In this document: positions 1-8,329 of the stretch, piece after piece
How positions within the stretch are numbered: the first letter of the stretch is position 1
Layout of the letters: each line of letters begins with the position of its first letter
Origin: a virus
Lineage: Duplodnaviria > Caudoviricetes
IMG/VR virus record: IMGVR_UViG_3300039216_000097
Location: 1 to 42,204 of that record
Direction: 5' to 3' (one strand)
DNA length: 42,204 nucleotides
Made by a program: the position numbers and the translations under genes
Notes under the pieces: model-generated
Seen by the model: only the letters and a program-made list of their open reading frames with translations
Database searches by the model: none
Told to the model about the DNA's origin: nothing

Positions 1-361
1 ATGCCGATGTGCGCTGGGCCACCGCGGGGAACCCTAACACTCCGCCCGCGGCGCTGGAGAAGCTGGACGGCGATGACGATGCCGATGTGCGCTACCGCGT
101 CGCGCAGAACCCGAACACGCCGCCCACGGCGCTGGAGAAGCTGGACGGAGATGACCATGCCGGTGTGCGCTGGGCCGCCGCGCAGAACCCCAACACGTCG
201 CCCGCGGCGCTGGAGAAGCTGGCCGGCGATGACGATGCCGATGTGCGCTGGGCCACCGCGGGGAACCCTAACACTCCGCCCGCGGCGCTGGAGAAGCTGG
301 ACGGCGATGACGATGCCGATGTGCGCTACCGCGTCGCGCAGAACCCGAACACGCCGCCCAC
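1..361 (+). repeat. 78-bp tandem coding repeats; 1-127 is identical to 235-361
   Basis: Direct comparison of the sequence; period 78 bp, super-period 234 bp. Confidence 0.9.
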
Positions 362-395
362 AAGGTTGAATTGCAACTGCAAAACTTCTCACTAG
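3..395 (+). CDS. LRV/HEAT-like helical repeat protein (5'-partial)
   Basis: Five 26-aa repeats of the form VRWA.A.NPNTPPAALEKL.GDDDAD, matching the leucine-rich-repeat-variant pattern. The frame is open from the window edge. Confidence 0.8.
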   Translation, partial: ADVRWATAGNPNTPPAALEKLDGDDDADVRYRVAQNPNTPPTALEKLDGDDHAGVRWAAAQNPNTSPAALEKLAGDDDADVRWATAGNPNTPPAALEKLDGDDDADVRYRVAQNPNTPPTRLNCNCKTSH

Positions 396-407
396 AAAGC
401 GAGTCCA

Positions 408-617
408 ATGCACGAATGCCCAACCTGTCATCGGCCTTTTGAGAGCAAGTGCAAGCTCTGCTTTTCTTGCTCTCGCCCCATCAAGCGCCACCATAAATGG
501 CATATCGTGGGCAGCTACATCGTTCACGACGACTGCGCTAACCCCGAGATGAACTTGACTCAAGAAACGCCATTGCTGATGCAGAGCCAAGAAAAACTAA
601 GCACCGGCGCTGAATAG
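408..617 (+). CDS. Small Cys/His-rich putative zinc-binding protein
   Basis: CPTC, CKLCFSC and HDDC motifs in 69 aa; fits the co-oriented gene run. Confidence 0.65.
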   Translation: MHECPTCHRPFESKCKLCFSCSRPIKRHHKWHIVGSYIVHDDCANPEMNLTQETPLLMQSQEKLSTGAE

Positions 618-646
618 GTGCTGTGGTGCCTGCTGAAAGAGAGGAA
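601..646 (+). promoter_or_regulatory. Hairpin element copy 1 (boxB-like GAATA loop) followed by RBS
   Basis: GCACC-GGCGCT-GAATA-GGTGCT-GT-GGTGC then GAAAGAGAGGAA; near-identical copy at 1065-1107. Confidence 0.55.
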
Positions 647-649
647 CAA

Positions 650-1060
650 ATGGAAGGACAAAATGCAAAGTTTGAGGGATGGGCAATGATCGAACTTTTC
701 GGTCACGGCCACGAGGCTGGATTCGTCACGACGCAATACTACGGCGACAAAGCAATGTTTCAGGTGGACGTTCCGGAGATCCCTGCACGACAGGAAACGT
801 TGAAATCCCCGCAGTGGGGCGACGTGTCGCTGATGCCGGTTGGCACGGTAATCGAGAAGGAAGCCATACCTGGACGCACCCGCCTTATCAACCCCGGCGC
901 GGTCTACTCGATGAATCCAACCACAGAAGAAGCAGTGCGCGAAGTAGTTTCACGCAATGAGCGTCGCGAGATCAAAGTGATCTCCATGCCTGAGATTGCA
1001 GAGCGGACTTTGTTACCAGGAAAAACGGCCGACGAAGACCATGTCAACAGAGATTATTGA
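650..1060 (+). CDS. Phage hypothetical protein
   Basis: GAGGAA RBS before ATG 650. The WA.IELFGH..AG.V N-terminus resembles phage hypothetical proteins (recall, not searched). Confidence 0.75.
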   Translation: MEGQNAKFEGWAMIELFGHGHEAGFVTTQYYGDKAMFQVDVPEIPARQETLKSPQWGDVSLMPVGTVIEKEAIPGRTRLINPGAVYSMNPTTEEAVREVVSRNERREIKVISMPEIAERTLLPGKTADEDHVNRDY

Positions 1061-1064
1061 TTAG

Positions 1065-1107
1065 GCACCGTCGCTGAATAGGCGCTATGGTTCCTGAGAA
1101 AGAGGAA
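1065..1107 (+). promoter_or_regulatory. Hairpin element copy 2 (boxB-like GAATA loop) followed by RBS
   Basis: GCACCGTCGCTGAATAGGCGCTATGGTTCCTGAGAAAGAGGAA. Confidence 0.55.
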
Positions 1108-1111
1108 TTTT

Positions 1112-1813
1112 GTGGGGGAAATGACGGAAGAGGTTTTTTTAAAGGACGTTTCAAAACATGCTATGGAAGTCCTCAAAGATGACGGCATTTACCGGCACCT
1201 GCGTTTCGCACAAAAGGGTGAGCACTCGTGCAGTCAGTATTTCAACATCGTTACATGGCCAGGATACTTGGCATACTCGGGAGACATGGGCTGCTTTGTT
1301 TTCAGCCGTCTTCGTGACATGTTTGAGTTCTTTCGGACTGATCGACGGGACAACTTAGGAAGCCTTCGCATCAATCTGAACTACTGGGCCGAGAAACTGG
1401 AAGCCGTGGATTGCCATGGTGGCTCGTCAATCGGCGCCGCAAAGGAGTATTCGGAAACTATCTTTAAAGATCGCGTCAACGAACACGTCAACGAGTGGAT
1501 TGAAGAGTTCCAAGGTGAGTACGACTCCGGAGAAGAGGAATTCGCTAAGCAGAAAAATGCTTTTGCCGCCGAATTGCGTTTTGCCGTTAAAAACGAAGTT
1601 CTTCGGTACGCAGACGACGGAGAAAACATGGCTCGCGATGTGCTACGCGACTTCTCCTGCGAGATCGGCGGCAAGAAGTTTAAGTTCGTAGACACATGGG
1701 AATGGGATCTCAGGGAATACACACTTCGGTTTGTTTGGTGTTGCTATGCAATCGCCTGGGCACTGAAACAGTATGACGAAGCCAAAGCGGGGACAACCCA
1801 GGAGCAACATTGA
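1112..1813 (+). CDS. Conserved prophage hypothetical protein
   Basis: 233-aa ORF with RBS. The motifs TWPG.L..SGDMG.FVF.R..DMF.FFR and F.WCC.AI.W are typical of a widespread prophage family of unknown function. Confidence 0.8.
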   Translation: MGEMTEEVFLKDVSKHAMEVLKDDGIYRHLRFAQKGEHSCSQYFNIVTWPGYLAYSGDMGCFVFSRLRDMFEFFRTDRRDNLGSLRINLNYWAEKLEAVDCHGGSSIGAAKEYSETIFKDRVNEHVNEWIEEFQGEYDSGEEEFAKQKNAFAAELRFAVKNEVLRYADDGENMARDVLRDFSCEIGGKKFKFVDTWEWDLREYTLRFVWCCYAIAWALKQYDEAKAGTTQEQH

Positions 1814-2271
1814 TGCGTTCCAAAAAAACAGTTTTGTTGGCGATCAGCGATGAACAGCTATTGGGCGACTTGTTTGTTTTGCTTTATGTGAACAACTACC
1901 TCCCCATAAAGGCTGAGAGTGCTCAGCAAGCACTGGAATTGCTGGGTAATGGGTACCATCTTCTTATCGCAGACAACGCCAATGGTCATGATTCAGCCAG
2001 CGATCAATTGATCGTGCAGGCAAAAACCAATCATCCGACGCAGCCAGTCATTTTGTTGGTAAAATCTGTTTCGGAACTTGCAGAAACAGAGTTATCTCCC
2101 GCCGATGAGCGCATTGTGCTCCCTTTATCGATTGCGGATTTTCTACACCGCGTCAAGTTTAAAACCATCCAGAAAAAAGGACCGAAGCGTGGTTTTCGGT
2201 TTAATCGCGCGCCGGCCAACCAAAACACGGAGGACTTTCATGGCACAGAACAGCAAAATCGAATGGACTGA
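1813..2271 (+). CDS. Degenerate single-domain response-regulator receiver (pseudo-receiver)
   Basis: CheY-like pattern KTVLL...A.SA..ALELL...HLLIAD...P..PVILL; TGATG coupling to the upstream gene. Confidence 0.7.
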   Translation: MRSKKTVLLAISDEQLLGDLFVLLYVNNYLPIKAESAQQALELLGNGYHLLIADNANGHDSASDQLIVQAKTNHPTQPVILLVKSVSELAETELSPADERIVLPLSIADFLHRVKFKTIQKKGPKRGFRFNRAPANQNTEDFHGTEQQNRMD

Positions 2272-3340
2272 CAGCACCTGGAACCCTGTACGTGGCTGCT
2301 CGCGCGTGAGTGAAGGATGCCGCAACTGCTACGCCGAACTGATGGCGGCGCGCTTCAGTAATCCTGGTCAATGGGGCCATGGCCTGGCGGTGATGCAGCA
2401 TGGCCGGCCGCACTGGACCGGCAAAGTGGAGATGGTCGAAAAGCATCTGCTGGACCCATTGAAATGGGGTTATGTCACCGTGCATCGCCCTGACTGCAAC
2501 AAGCATGGTGAACGGGCGCTTTGCACTTGCCCTAAGCGCCGACGCCGCATCTTCGTGAACAGCGTCAGCGATCTCTTTCACGAGGCCGTGACCGATGAGA
2601 TGCGCGACCGGATCTTCGCGGTGATGGCGCTGTGCCCTCAGCATGATTTTCAAGTGCTTACCAAGCGGCCGGAGCGGATGCGGACCTATATGGACATTTC
2701 AACAGATAATAGATCAGAGGATATTGGAAGAGAAATGTTATTTTTAAGCAAAGGAAATCATAATGGAATTATAGAACTCCCGCTTGCGAACATCTGGATG
2801 GGCGTGAGCGTGGAAAACCAAAAAGCAGCCGACGAACGCATTCCGGTGTTACTAGAAACTCCGGCAGCGGTGCGATTTGTGAGCTTCGAGCCGCTGTTGG
2901 GTCCGGTAGATTTGGATCAAGATGCGAGATTTGGCGGACTGCACGCATTCGGCGGCGGCCCAACTTGGTGTGCCTGCCACCATGGCAAGTTAGATTGGGT
3001 GATCTGCGGCGGTGAGAGCGGCCCGAACGCCCGGCCCATGCACCCGGACTGGGCGCGGTCGCTGCGCGATCAATGCAAGAACGCAAATGTGCCATTCTTC
3101 TTCAAGCAATGGGGCGAGTACAAAAATGGATCGGATTTTGCGGATGATGCTATTGCGGTCCTGGACGATGGGCGCGTTTGTGACGGAACTATCGGTGAGA
3201 TGATGCGCCTGGATAAAGAAAGCCCTACCAGTGGCGGGACCATGATGCGTCGTGTGGGTAAGAAAGCCGCTGGCTCGCTGTTGGATGGCGCCGAGCATAA
3301 GGAGTTTCCAGAGGTGAGTCTTCGTTGCTGGTGGTCATGA
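2240..3340 (+). CDS. Phage Gp37/Gp68 family protein (DUF5131)
   Basis: SKIEWTD.TWNPV.GC..VS.GC.NCYA, IFVNS.SDLFH, QVLTKRP, FVSFEPLLG, WVICGGESG and FFFKQWG motifs; GGAGG RBS before ATG 2240. Confidence 0.92.
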   Translation: MAQNSKIEWTDSTWNPVRGCSRVSEGCRNCYAELMAARFSNPGQWGHGLAVMQHGRPHWTGKVEMVEKHLLDPLKWGYVTVHRPDCNKHGERALCTCPKRRRRIFVNSVSDLFHEAVTDEMRDRIFAVMALCPQHDFQVLTKRPERMRTYMDISTDNRSEDIGREMLFLSKGNHNGIIELPLANIWMGVSVENQKAADERIPVLLETPAAVRFVSFEPLLGPVDLDQDARFGGLHAFGGGPTWCACHHGKLDWVICGGESGPNARPMHPDWARSLRDQCKNANVPFFFKQWGEYKNGSDFADDAIAVLDDGRVCDGTIGEMMRLDKESPTSGGTMMRRVGKKAAGSLLDGAEHKEFPEVSLRCWWS

Positions 3341-3448
3341 TCACCGAGTAGCCGTGCTGCTTGGCCACGGTGGTGACCGCGTGCGGACCCCAGGGCAATC
3401 GGGTAAACAGTGCTGGGTTGTGACTCCAGAAGAAATTGATGTGAGCAT

Positions 3449-4135
3449 ATGAAAATTCATCCGATCATTTTTAGCAGCGCAATGGAGCGCGCCATCTTGG
3501 AAAACCGAAAGACGCAAACCCGGCGCGTTATAACTGCCGCAAACAGCACAGTAGATGGTTGGATATGGAACAGCGTTCGGTTCTCATCGCTTGACCTGGC
3601 TAATCCTAAGCTGGCGGAGGATTGCAGCTACCGGAGCAGTTGCGGATGTTTAAAATATGCGTCCAGTTCCGAAGACGATGACCCCACTATTGGGCATCGC
3701 ATCCGTTCTCGCTGGTGCGTGGGAGACTTGCTCTGGGTGCGGGAAAGCATCGCAGTCAACGCCATGAACTATGCAGCCATGAAGACCATGAAAATAGCTT
3801 TTGATCCTCTTGGAATATGGTATTTGGCAGATGGAACCAAACCCAGCTGGTGTGACAAAACCCTGACCGCCCGCTTTATGCCCGGATGGGCTAGCCGCAT
3901 CACGTTGAAGATCACCGAAGTCCGAGTGCAACGTTTGCAGAAGATAAGCGAGAGCGACGTAATGGACAAAGGCGCCGGGGCGACCGGACCATCGCACGAA
4001 GAGTGGGATGGAGATCCTGACCAATATCAGAAGCGTTTCCGAGAATTGTGGGATTCCATCAACTCCAAGCGTGGGTTAGATTGGGTCACAAATCCTTGGG
4101 TGTGGGCGATCAGCTTCGAGCGGGAACAAGCATGA
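3449..4135 (+). CDS. ASCH/PUA-like phage protein
   Basis: PIIFS..M.RAIL..RKTQTRR, GD.LWVRE, MP.WASRITL.IT.VRV.RLQ.IS and NPWVW.I.F motifs. Confidence 0.8.
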   Translation: MKIHPIIFSSAMERAILENRKTQTRRVITAANSTVDGWIWNSVRFSSLDLANPKLAEDCSYRSSCGCLKYASSSEDDDPTIGHRIRSRWCVGDLLWVRESIAVNAMNYAAMKTMKIAFDPLGIWYLADGTKPSWCDKTLTARFMPGWASRITLKITEVRVQRLQKISESDVMDKGAGATGPSHEEWDGDPDQYQKRFRELWDSINSKRGLDWVTNPWVWAISFEREQA

Positions 4136-4437
4136 CGCCCGAGCAGATAGAGCAGGATGTCATCTTTTTGCGCAGCCAGGTGCAGCGGCTAAGCCGTCTC
4201 ATCGATGCACTGGAATCTTCACCTCTACTGATTCACGCGGTGACTGCGCCCGAACCCGAGCCGGAGCCGGAAACGTTCTGCGAGATTGAGATTCGCAGCC
4301 TTGCAGAGCTTGAAAAAGAAGCGATCTTAAATGCTCGTAAAATATTTGGAAAGAACAGTTACAGCGCGTGCGCGGCGCTGGGCATCGGTCATTCAACCTT
4401 TTATCGCAAATTGAGAGCATATGAGGTGCGCAAATGA
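4132..4437 (+). CDS. Fis-type (HTH_8) DNA-binding protein
   Basis: SLAELEKEAI.NA....G.N...A..ALGIG.STFYRKL; ATGA overlap with the upstream gene. Confidence 0.8.
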   Translation: MTPEQIEQDVIFLRSQVQRLSRLIDALESSPLLIHAVTAPEPEPEPETFCEIEIRSLAELEKEAILNARKIFGKNSYSACAALGIGHSTFYRKLRAYEVRK

Positions 4438-4607
4438 AACTTGCAGAACTCATTCTTGAAGTCTACGAGAAAACACACTGGCCTCCAGAAGAGATCAAAG
4501 CCATTGTTTTGAAAAATTGGCCGCATCGCCAAGACTTCACGCCTACGCAAGCAAAACTTGTTATTGGCCTTATCAAACTCAAAGAAAAAGTTTTGCGAAA
4601 TAAATAG
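4434..4607 (+). CDS. 57-aa hypothetical protein (not in the ORF track)
   Basis: ATGA overlap and GAGGTG RBS; translates as MKLAELILEVYEKTHWPPEEIKAIVLKNWP...KVLRNK. Confidence 0.6.
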   Translation: MKLAELILEVYEKTHWPPEEIKAIVLKNWPHRQDFTPTQAKLVIGLIKLKEKVLRNK

Positions 4608-4711
4608 CAAAGGTCTGAAAGAATTTGTTGGCTTTGTTTTTTGATGCGAATCTACGAAATTTCATAGTTTCAATTCAAACTGTGATACGATTTTACCCGA
4701 GGAGGTTTGCC

Positions 4712-5095
4712 ATGGTCATGTCGATCCCAACTCTATGCCCCACGGCTTTCCCCTGCCGTGCTTGCGGTTCCCCGAGTGCTTTTGGGAGCAGATATTGTTC
4801 TCCTTGTTTGCGCGCTATCTCGGCTCGGGAGCGGGATGTTAGCTTTTCGGATCACCCGCGTTTGACGAAACCCGTTATTGACGCTTCCCGCGCCCTCACG
4901 CTCCGGTCAAACGTCCGCGCCGCCGATCTCCCGCCTGAGGCCTTTGAAACGATTGAGGAACAACTTGATCGATATAGAGCCATTGTTCAAATTGCTCACA
5001 GTTGGACCGAGACCGGATTGACCAGAAATCCAGAGGATGTTGCGTGGTGCAACCCACAAGCACCCTTCGACTTTACCAACCCGGCAAGGATCTGA
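4712..5095 (+). CDS. Hypothetical protein with N-terminal C4 zinc finger
   Basis: AGGAGGT RBS before ATG 4712; CRAC...CSPC. Confidence 0.65.
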   Translation: MVMSIPTLCPTAFPCRACGSPSAFGSRYCSPCLRAISARERDVSFSDHPRLTKPVIDASRALTLRSNVRAADLPPEAFETIEEQLDRYRAIVQIAHSWTETGLTRNPEDVAWCNPQAPFDFTNPARI

Positions 5096-5130
5096 GGGGT
5101 TATGCTAAACTCTCTAACGGGAGGAAGCCA

Positions 5131-5406
5131 ATGTCTTGGAGCATCTCACTATCAGGTGGAAAGCAACAGGTGCAGAATGAATTGCGCAATGCTGCCATTG
5201 AAATCAATCACGCCATGGACGCTCTTGATCGCGCCTCTGGCCCTCTCGTCAACGTGTCAGTCAGCGGCTCGTCGTATGCGAGTCCTGCCGACTCAAACGG
5301 TAACAGCAACAATGGAACCAGCGCATCTTTCCACGTCGGAAGCTATGCTCCTGAACCACCGCCCGCACCATTGGAAAATATGGTCACAGAAGCCGTTTCC
5401 TTGTAA
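5131..5406 (+). CDS. Hypothetical protein
   Basis: GGGAGG RBS before ATG 5131; starts MSWSISLSG. Confidence 0.65.
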   Translation: MSWSISLSGGKQQVQNELRNAAIEINHAMDALDRASGPLVNVSVSGSSYASPADSNGNSNNGTSASFHVGSYAPEPPPAPLENMVTEAVSL

Positions 5407-5432
5407 CCGCAAAACTCACCGATCATGCATCC

Positions 5433-5474
5433 TATGGCGCCGCCGCAGATCCACTGTAACGGCGCCATATTTCT
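5433..5474 (+). terminator. Probable intrinsic terminator at the convergence of the two transcription units
   Basis: TATGGCGCCG (5433-5442) pairs with CGGCGCCATA (5460-5469), followed by a short T run. Confidence 0.5.
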
Positions 5475-8271
5475 ACCGACGCAGCGGCAACCCCTTCGCC
5501 CGTGTCTGTTCTTTCTTTTTCAGTTTTGCCATCTCCACCAGGCTACGCCGCGCGATCGCGGTAGCGTCGGCGCCCGCTGAACGCATCTTTTCCAAGATGT
5601 CCTGCAGCTTCAAATAGTCGGGCTTGACGCTCTCCATCACCCAGGTGTTATAAGCGTAGGCCAACATATCGTAGAGATCGTCCAGTTCGTCCCCATGGAT
5701 CTTCTTCACCGCGTGACGGTCGTCGATCACCCGCGTTTGCACTGAGTTGAAGGTCTTGCGCATTGCCGTGGTCAGCACAATGTGAAAGTTGCTCAATCCG
5801 GTGTATAGCACCTGAGCATTGTCTGCCGGGTTCTTGTGCCCGTAAATCGCTGGCAGACCGTACTCCTGAAATACTTCAGCCATCTGCTCAAAATTGCTCT
5901 TGCCGGTGTCGTGGTGCTGATCCATGGCGGAGTCCATGCACACAAAAAGGTAACGCGGCCGTTCCTCGCCCATTTTCGGTTTAAGCCAGGTCTCGCAGAT
6001 TTTCTTGGCAAAATCCACCGCGCCCATCTTGCGCTCGACAATCTCTCCGGTCCCGTAGATGCGGCCATTCTCGTCCACGCTAAACCGCCCGGCGGCCGCC
6101 GCCGAGCTGCCAAAGCCAAAATCGATGCTGATGAAGTGGTTCCACCACCACTGATCGTTGATCGATGGGTAAGGGACCATCCATTCGGGCCGCATAAACC
6201 CAAAGTAAAGGCTCGCCGCGTTACACCAGCACCCATGGAGCAGTTGCATCTGGATCTCTGGCGTCTGCGAAAGCAGTTTGTTGACCTTGCCCGCGCCATA
6301 AAGCGGGTTGTCGGTCACCGCAGCCGGAAAGAAGGCTGTGGTCATGTGGACCAATTCGGCCCGCGACGGAGGCCACTTCCAACTTGATCCTTGGTACACG
6401 CGCCCTGACCAAACCGAGGAATTCGGGTCGTTGTCTCGTTCGGTCGCCGGAAAATGCAGTGGGCATTTATTGCGAAGAAACACAGCCATCTGCCAGCCAT
6501 GCCCCACACCGCCAGGGTTTGAAGTCAACCGCATCCTGCCCCGCAACCTTGGATCGGTGGGCGCCAGCCAGGGAAGGATCGAACGCACCCGGCGCTCCGG
6601 CTGCAATCCACTTTCGTCGATTCCGACCCAACTGCGGAGATTGCCGCGGTAGCGGCCCAGATCTTTGTCTTGTGCCAGGTAGCCAAACCGAATGCGCGCG
6701 CCGCCCTTCGAGCGCACCGCCTTGCGCGTTTGCTCGTCAAAAATGGGAAACTCCCACTGGCCGCCACCCGAGCGCTGTTTGTACTGCGCTCCTACCGACA
6801 GACAGAGCTTCTCCAAGCGGTCGGCAATCTGATCCATCTCACCGAGGCTTTCGCGCAGCAGCAGGCCGCGGAATGTGGGAATGTAGTATTCCTGCACCGC
6901 ATCGCCCACCAGAAAGTCGGTGTTATGAGTCGGAATCAGTTGCCGACCAGCCAGGTATAAATGCGTAGGCGAATCCACCGCAATGCAGCGCATTGGACGG
7001 TCTAGAACCTTCTCGACTGAAACAATAAACCGCCATCTCTGGCACCCTCGTATCTTGCTCTTGATCCGGCAGGACTTTCGTTTCAGTCTAAAAACTTGCA
7101 AAGAATCCGTCCAACTCACACGCCACTTTGGGCCGCAATCTCGCCCATAGAGTGTAGCGCGGCCCTCGCGCATCGTGGCTTTTAGTCCCAACCCCAACGC
7201 AAGAGCATAAACACCATCAGCTAACTCGCGATTGGTGGACGTGAATTCGGCTTTGCCATCTAGTCCGCAGTCGCCATCTGTATCCATCAAGCCCTGCAGC
7301 AATGCAAGTCGCTGTTCTTTCGAAGCGCGCAAATAGATCGCCGGGATATGCTTGTGGAAGAGGAGACCATGCTCGCGCGCAAGAGTCTTCCACTTCCAAA
7401 TACCCCAACTGTGCTTGTGACTTGGGTGGTGGACTACTTTGAATCCATCAGCGCGAATATAGTCCGCGATCTCGGCATCCTCAGATGTATAGCGCCCGCT
7501 GTCATGACTTCCATCTCCAAGCCAAACTCCCAATGTGTAGGGCGGCAAGGGAAGTTTGATTTCGCTGGTTTCCAAAGCCTCTGCGACCCTAATCGAATGA
7601 TTGGCGGCATCGCGCTTCACGCGTAATGTTTGGAGGATTTCCAGCGTGTTTCGAATCTGTCCGCGTGGCGGCTCTTCATAAATATACTTGCGATCACGAT
7701 TGAGCATTGTCACGCTGGCTTGAACACCAGGCTTTCGAGGATTGTCAATCGCGCGGCTCGGACGTTTGGCGCGCCGGTGCGCTTTTCTTTCTTCTGTCCG
7801 CGTTGCTTGAGCGTAACGCTCGGCAACAGTTGCCGTAAACCACCGATGCTCCCGATCGGCCACCAGTTCCGAGCCATCGTCGAAAGTTAACCGATAGGAA
7901 TCACCTATCTCAATTGGACTGATATAGGTTACTTGAGTCGGGTGGCCCGTCTCATCGAAAAGAGTATCGCCCACTTTTACTTCGCGAACTGTCGTCCATC
8001 CTCGTGACGTTGCAAGCGGCGTATCGAGGTCTAAACGCTTGCCACCTCCGCTCTGGCCGCCGAACAGCAGCATCTCCGCCAGCGAACACAGTGCCGCCTG
8101 CTGCGGTGAATCGCCAAGAGGGGATGGAAGAGGCCACCAGCACGGGTCAACGCCGGGCGGTGGTGGCACCCAGGCAGGAAAGTTGCGTGGGATGGTGAGG
8201 TTCGCCGGCTCAATCAGCATCGCAGGCGACGGCGGCGCCCAGGCCAGCGTCGGAATGTGCGCGGTGATCAC
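5473..8271 (-). CDS. terL: Terminase large subunit, intein-containing
   Basis: Walker A GGQSGGGK|T split by the intein, Walker B VGIDE, coupling motif LTSNPGG, nuclease motifs ISIDFG and DDLYDMLAY. Confidence 0.93.
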   Translation of the reverse strand: MITAHIPTLAWAPPSPAMLIEPANLTIPRNFPAWVPPPPGVDPCWWPLPSPLGDSPQQAALCSLAEMLLFGGQSGGGKRLDLDTPLATSRGWTTVREVKVGDTLFDETGHPTQVTYISPIEIGDSYRLTFDDGSELVADREHRWFTATVAERYAQATRTEERKAHRRAKRPSRAIDNPRKPGVQASVTMLNRDRKYIYEEPPRGQIRNTLEILQTLRVKRDAANHSIRVAEALETSEIKLPLPPYTLGVWLGDGSHDSGRYTSEDAEIADYIRADGFKVVHHPSHKHSWGIWKWKTLAREHGLLFHKHIPAIYLRASKEQRLALLQGLMDTDGDCGLDGKAEFTSTNRELADGVYALALGLGLKATMREGRATLYGRDCGPKWRVSWTDSLQVFRLKRKSCRIKSKIRGCQRWRFIVSVEKVLDRPMRCIAVDSPTHLYLAGRQLIPTHNTDFLVGDAVQEYYIPTFRGLLLRESLGEMDQIADRLEKLCLSVGAQYKQRSGGGQWEFPIFDEQTRKAVRSKGGARIRFGYLAQDKDLGRYRGNLRSWVGIDESGLQPERRVRSILPWLAPTDPRLRGRMRLTSNPGGVGHGWQMAVFLRNKCPLHFPATERDNDPNSSVWSGRVYQGSSWKWPPSRAELVHMTTAFFPAAVTDNPLYGAGKVNKLLSQTPEIQMQLLHGCWCNAASLYFGFMRPEWMVPYPSINDQWWWNHFISIDFGFGSSAAAAGRFSVDENGRIYGTGEIVERKMGAVDFAKKICETWLKPKMGEERPRYLFVCMDSAMDQHHDTGKSNFEQMAEVFQEYGLPAIYGHKNPADNAQVLYTGLSNFHIVLTTAMRKTFNSVQTRVIDDRHAVKKIHGDELDDLYDMLAYAYNTWVMESVKPDYLKLQDILEKMRSAGADATAIARRSLVEMAKLKKKEQTRAKGLPLRR
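6922..8037 (-). mobile_element. 372-aa class 3 intein with LAGLIDADG homing endonuclease
   Basis: Begins RLDLDTPL, ends IPTHN with +1 Thr. W in block B (EHRW), C in block F (MRCIAV), T in block G. Endonuclease motifs LGVWLGDGS and LQGLMDTDG. Confidence 0.9.
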
Positions 8272-8329
8272 AGCCCACCCATAGATGAAGGTTTATCGCC
8301 AAACCAAGGAAAAAATGCGTTTAAATATG

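Noticed and set aside
1-361. Regular repeats suggesting a CRISPR array
   Set aside because: They are in-frame 78-bp coding repeats without unique spacers, and there are no cas genes.
4641-4692. Possible sigma70 promoter in the AT-rich gap
   Set aside because: There are several weak alternative -35/-10 matches and none is decisive.
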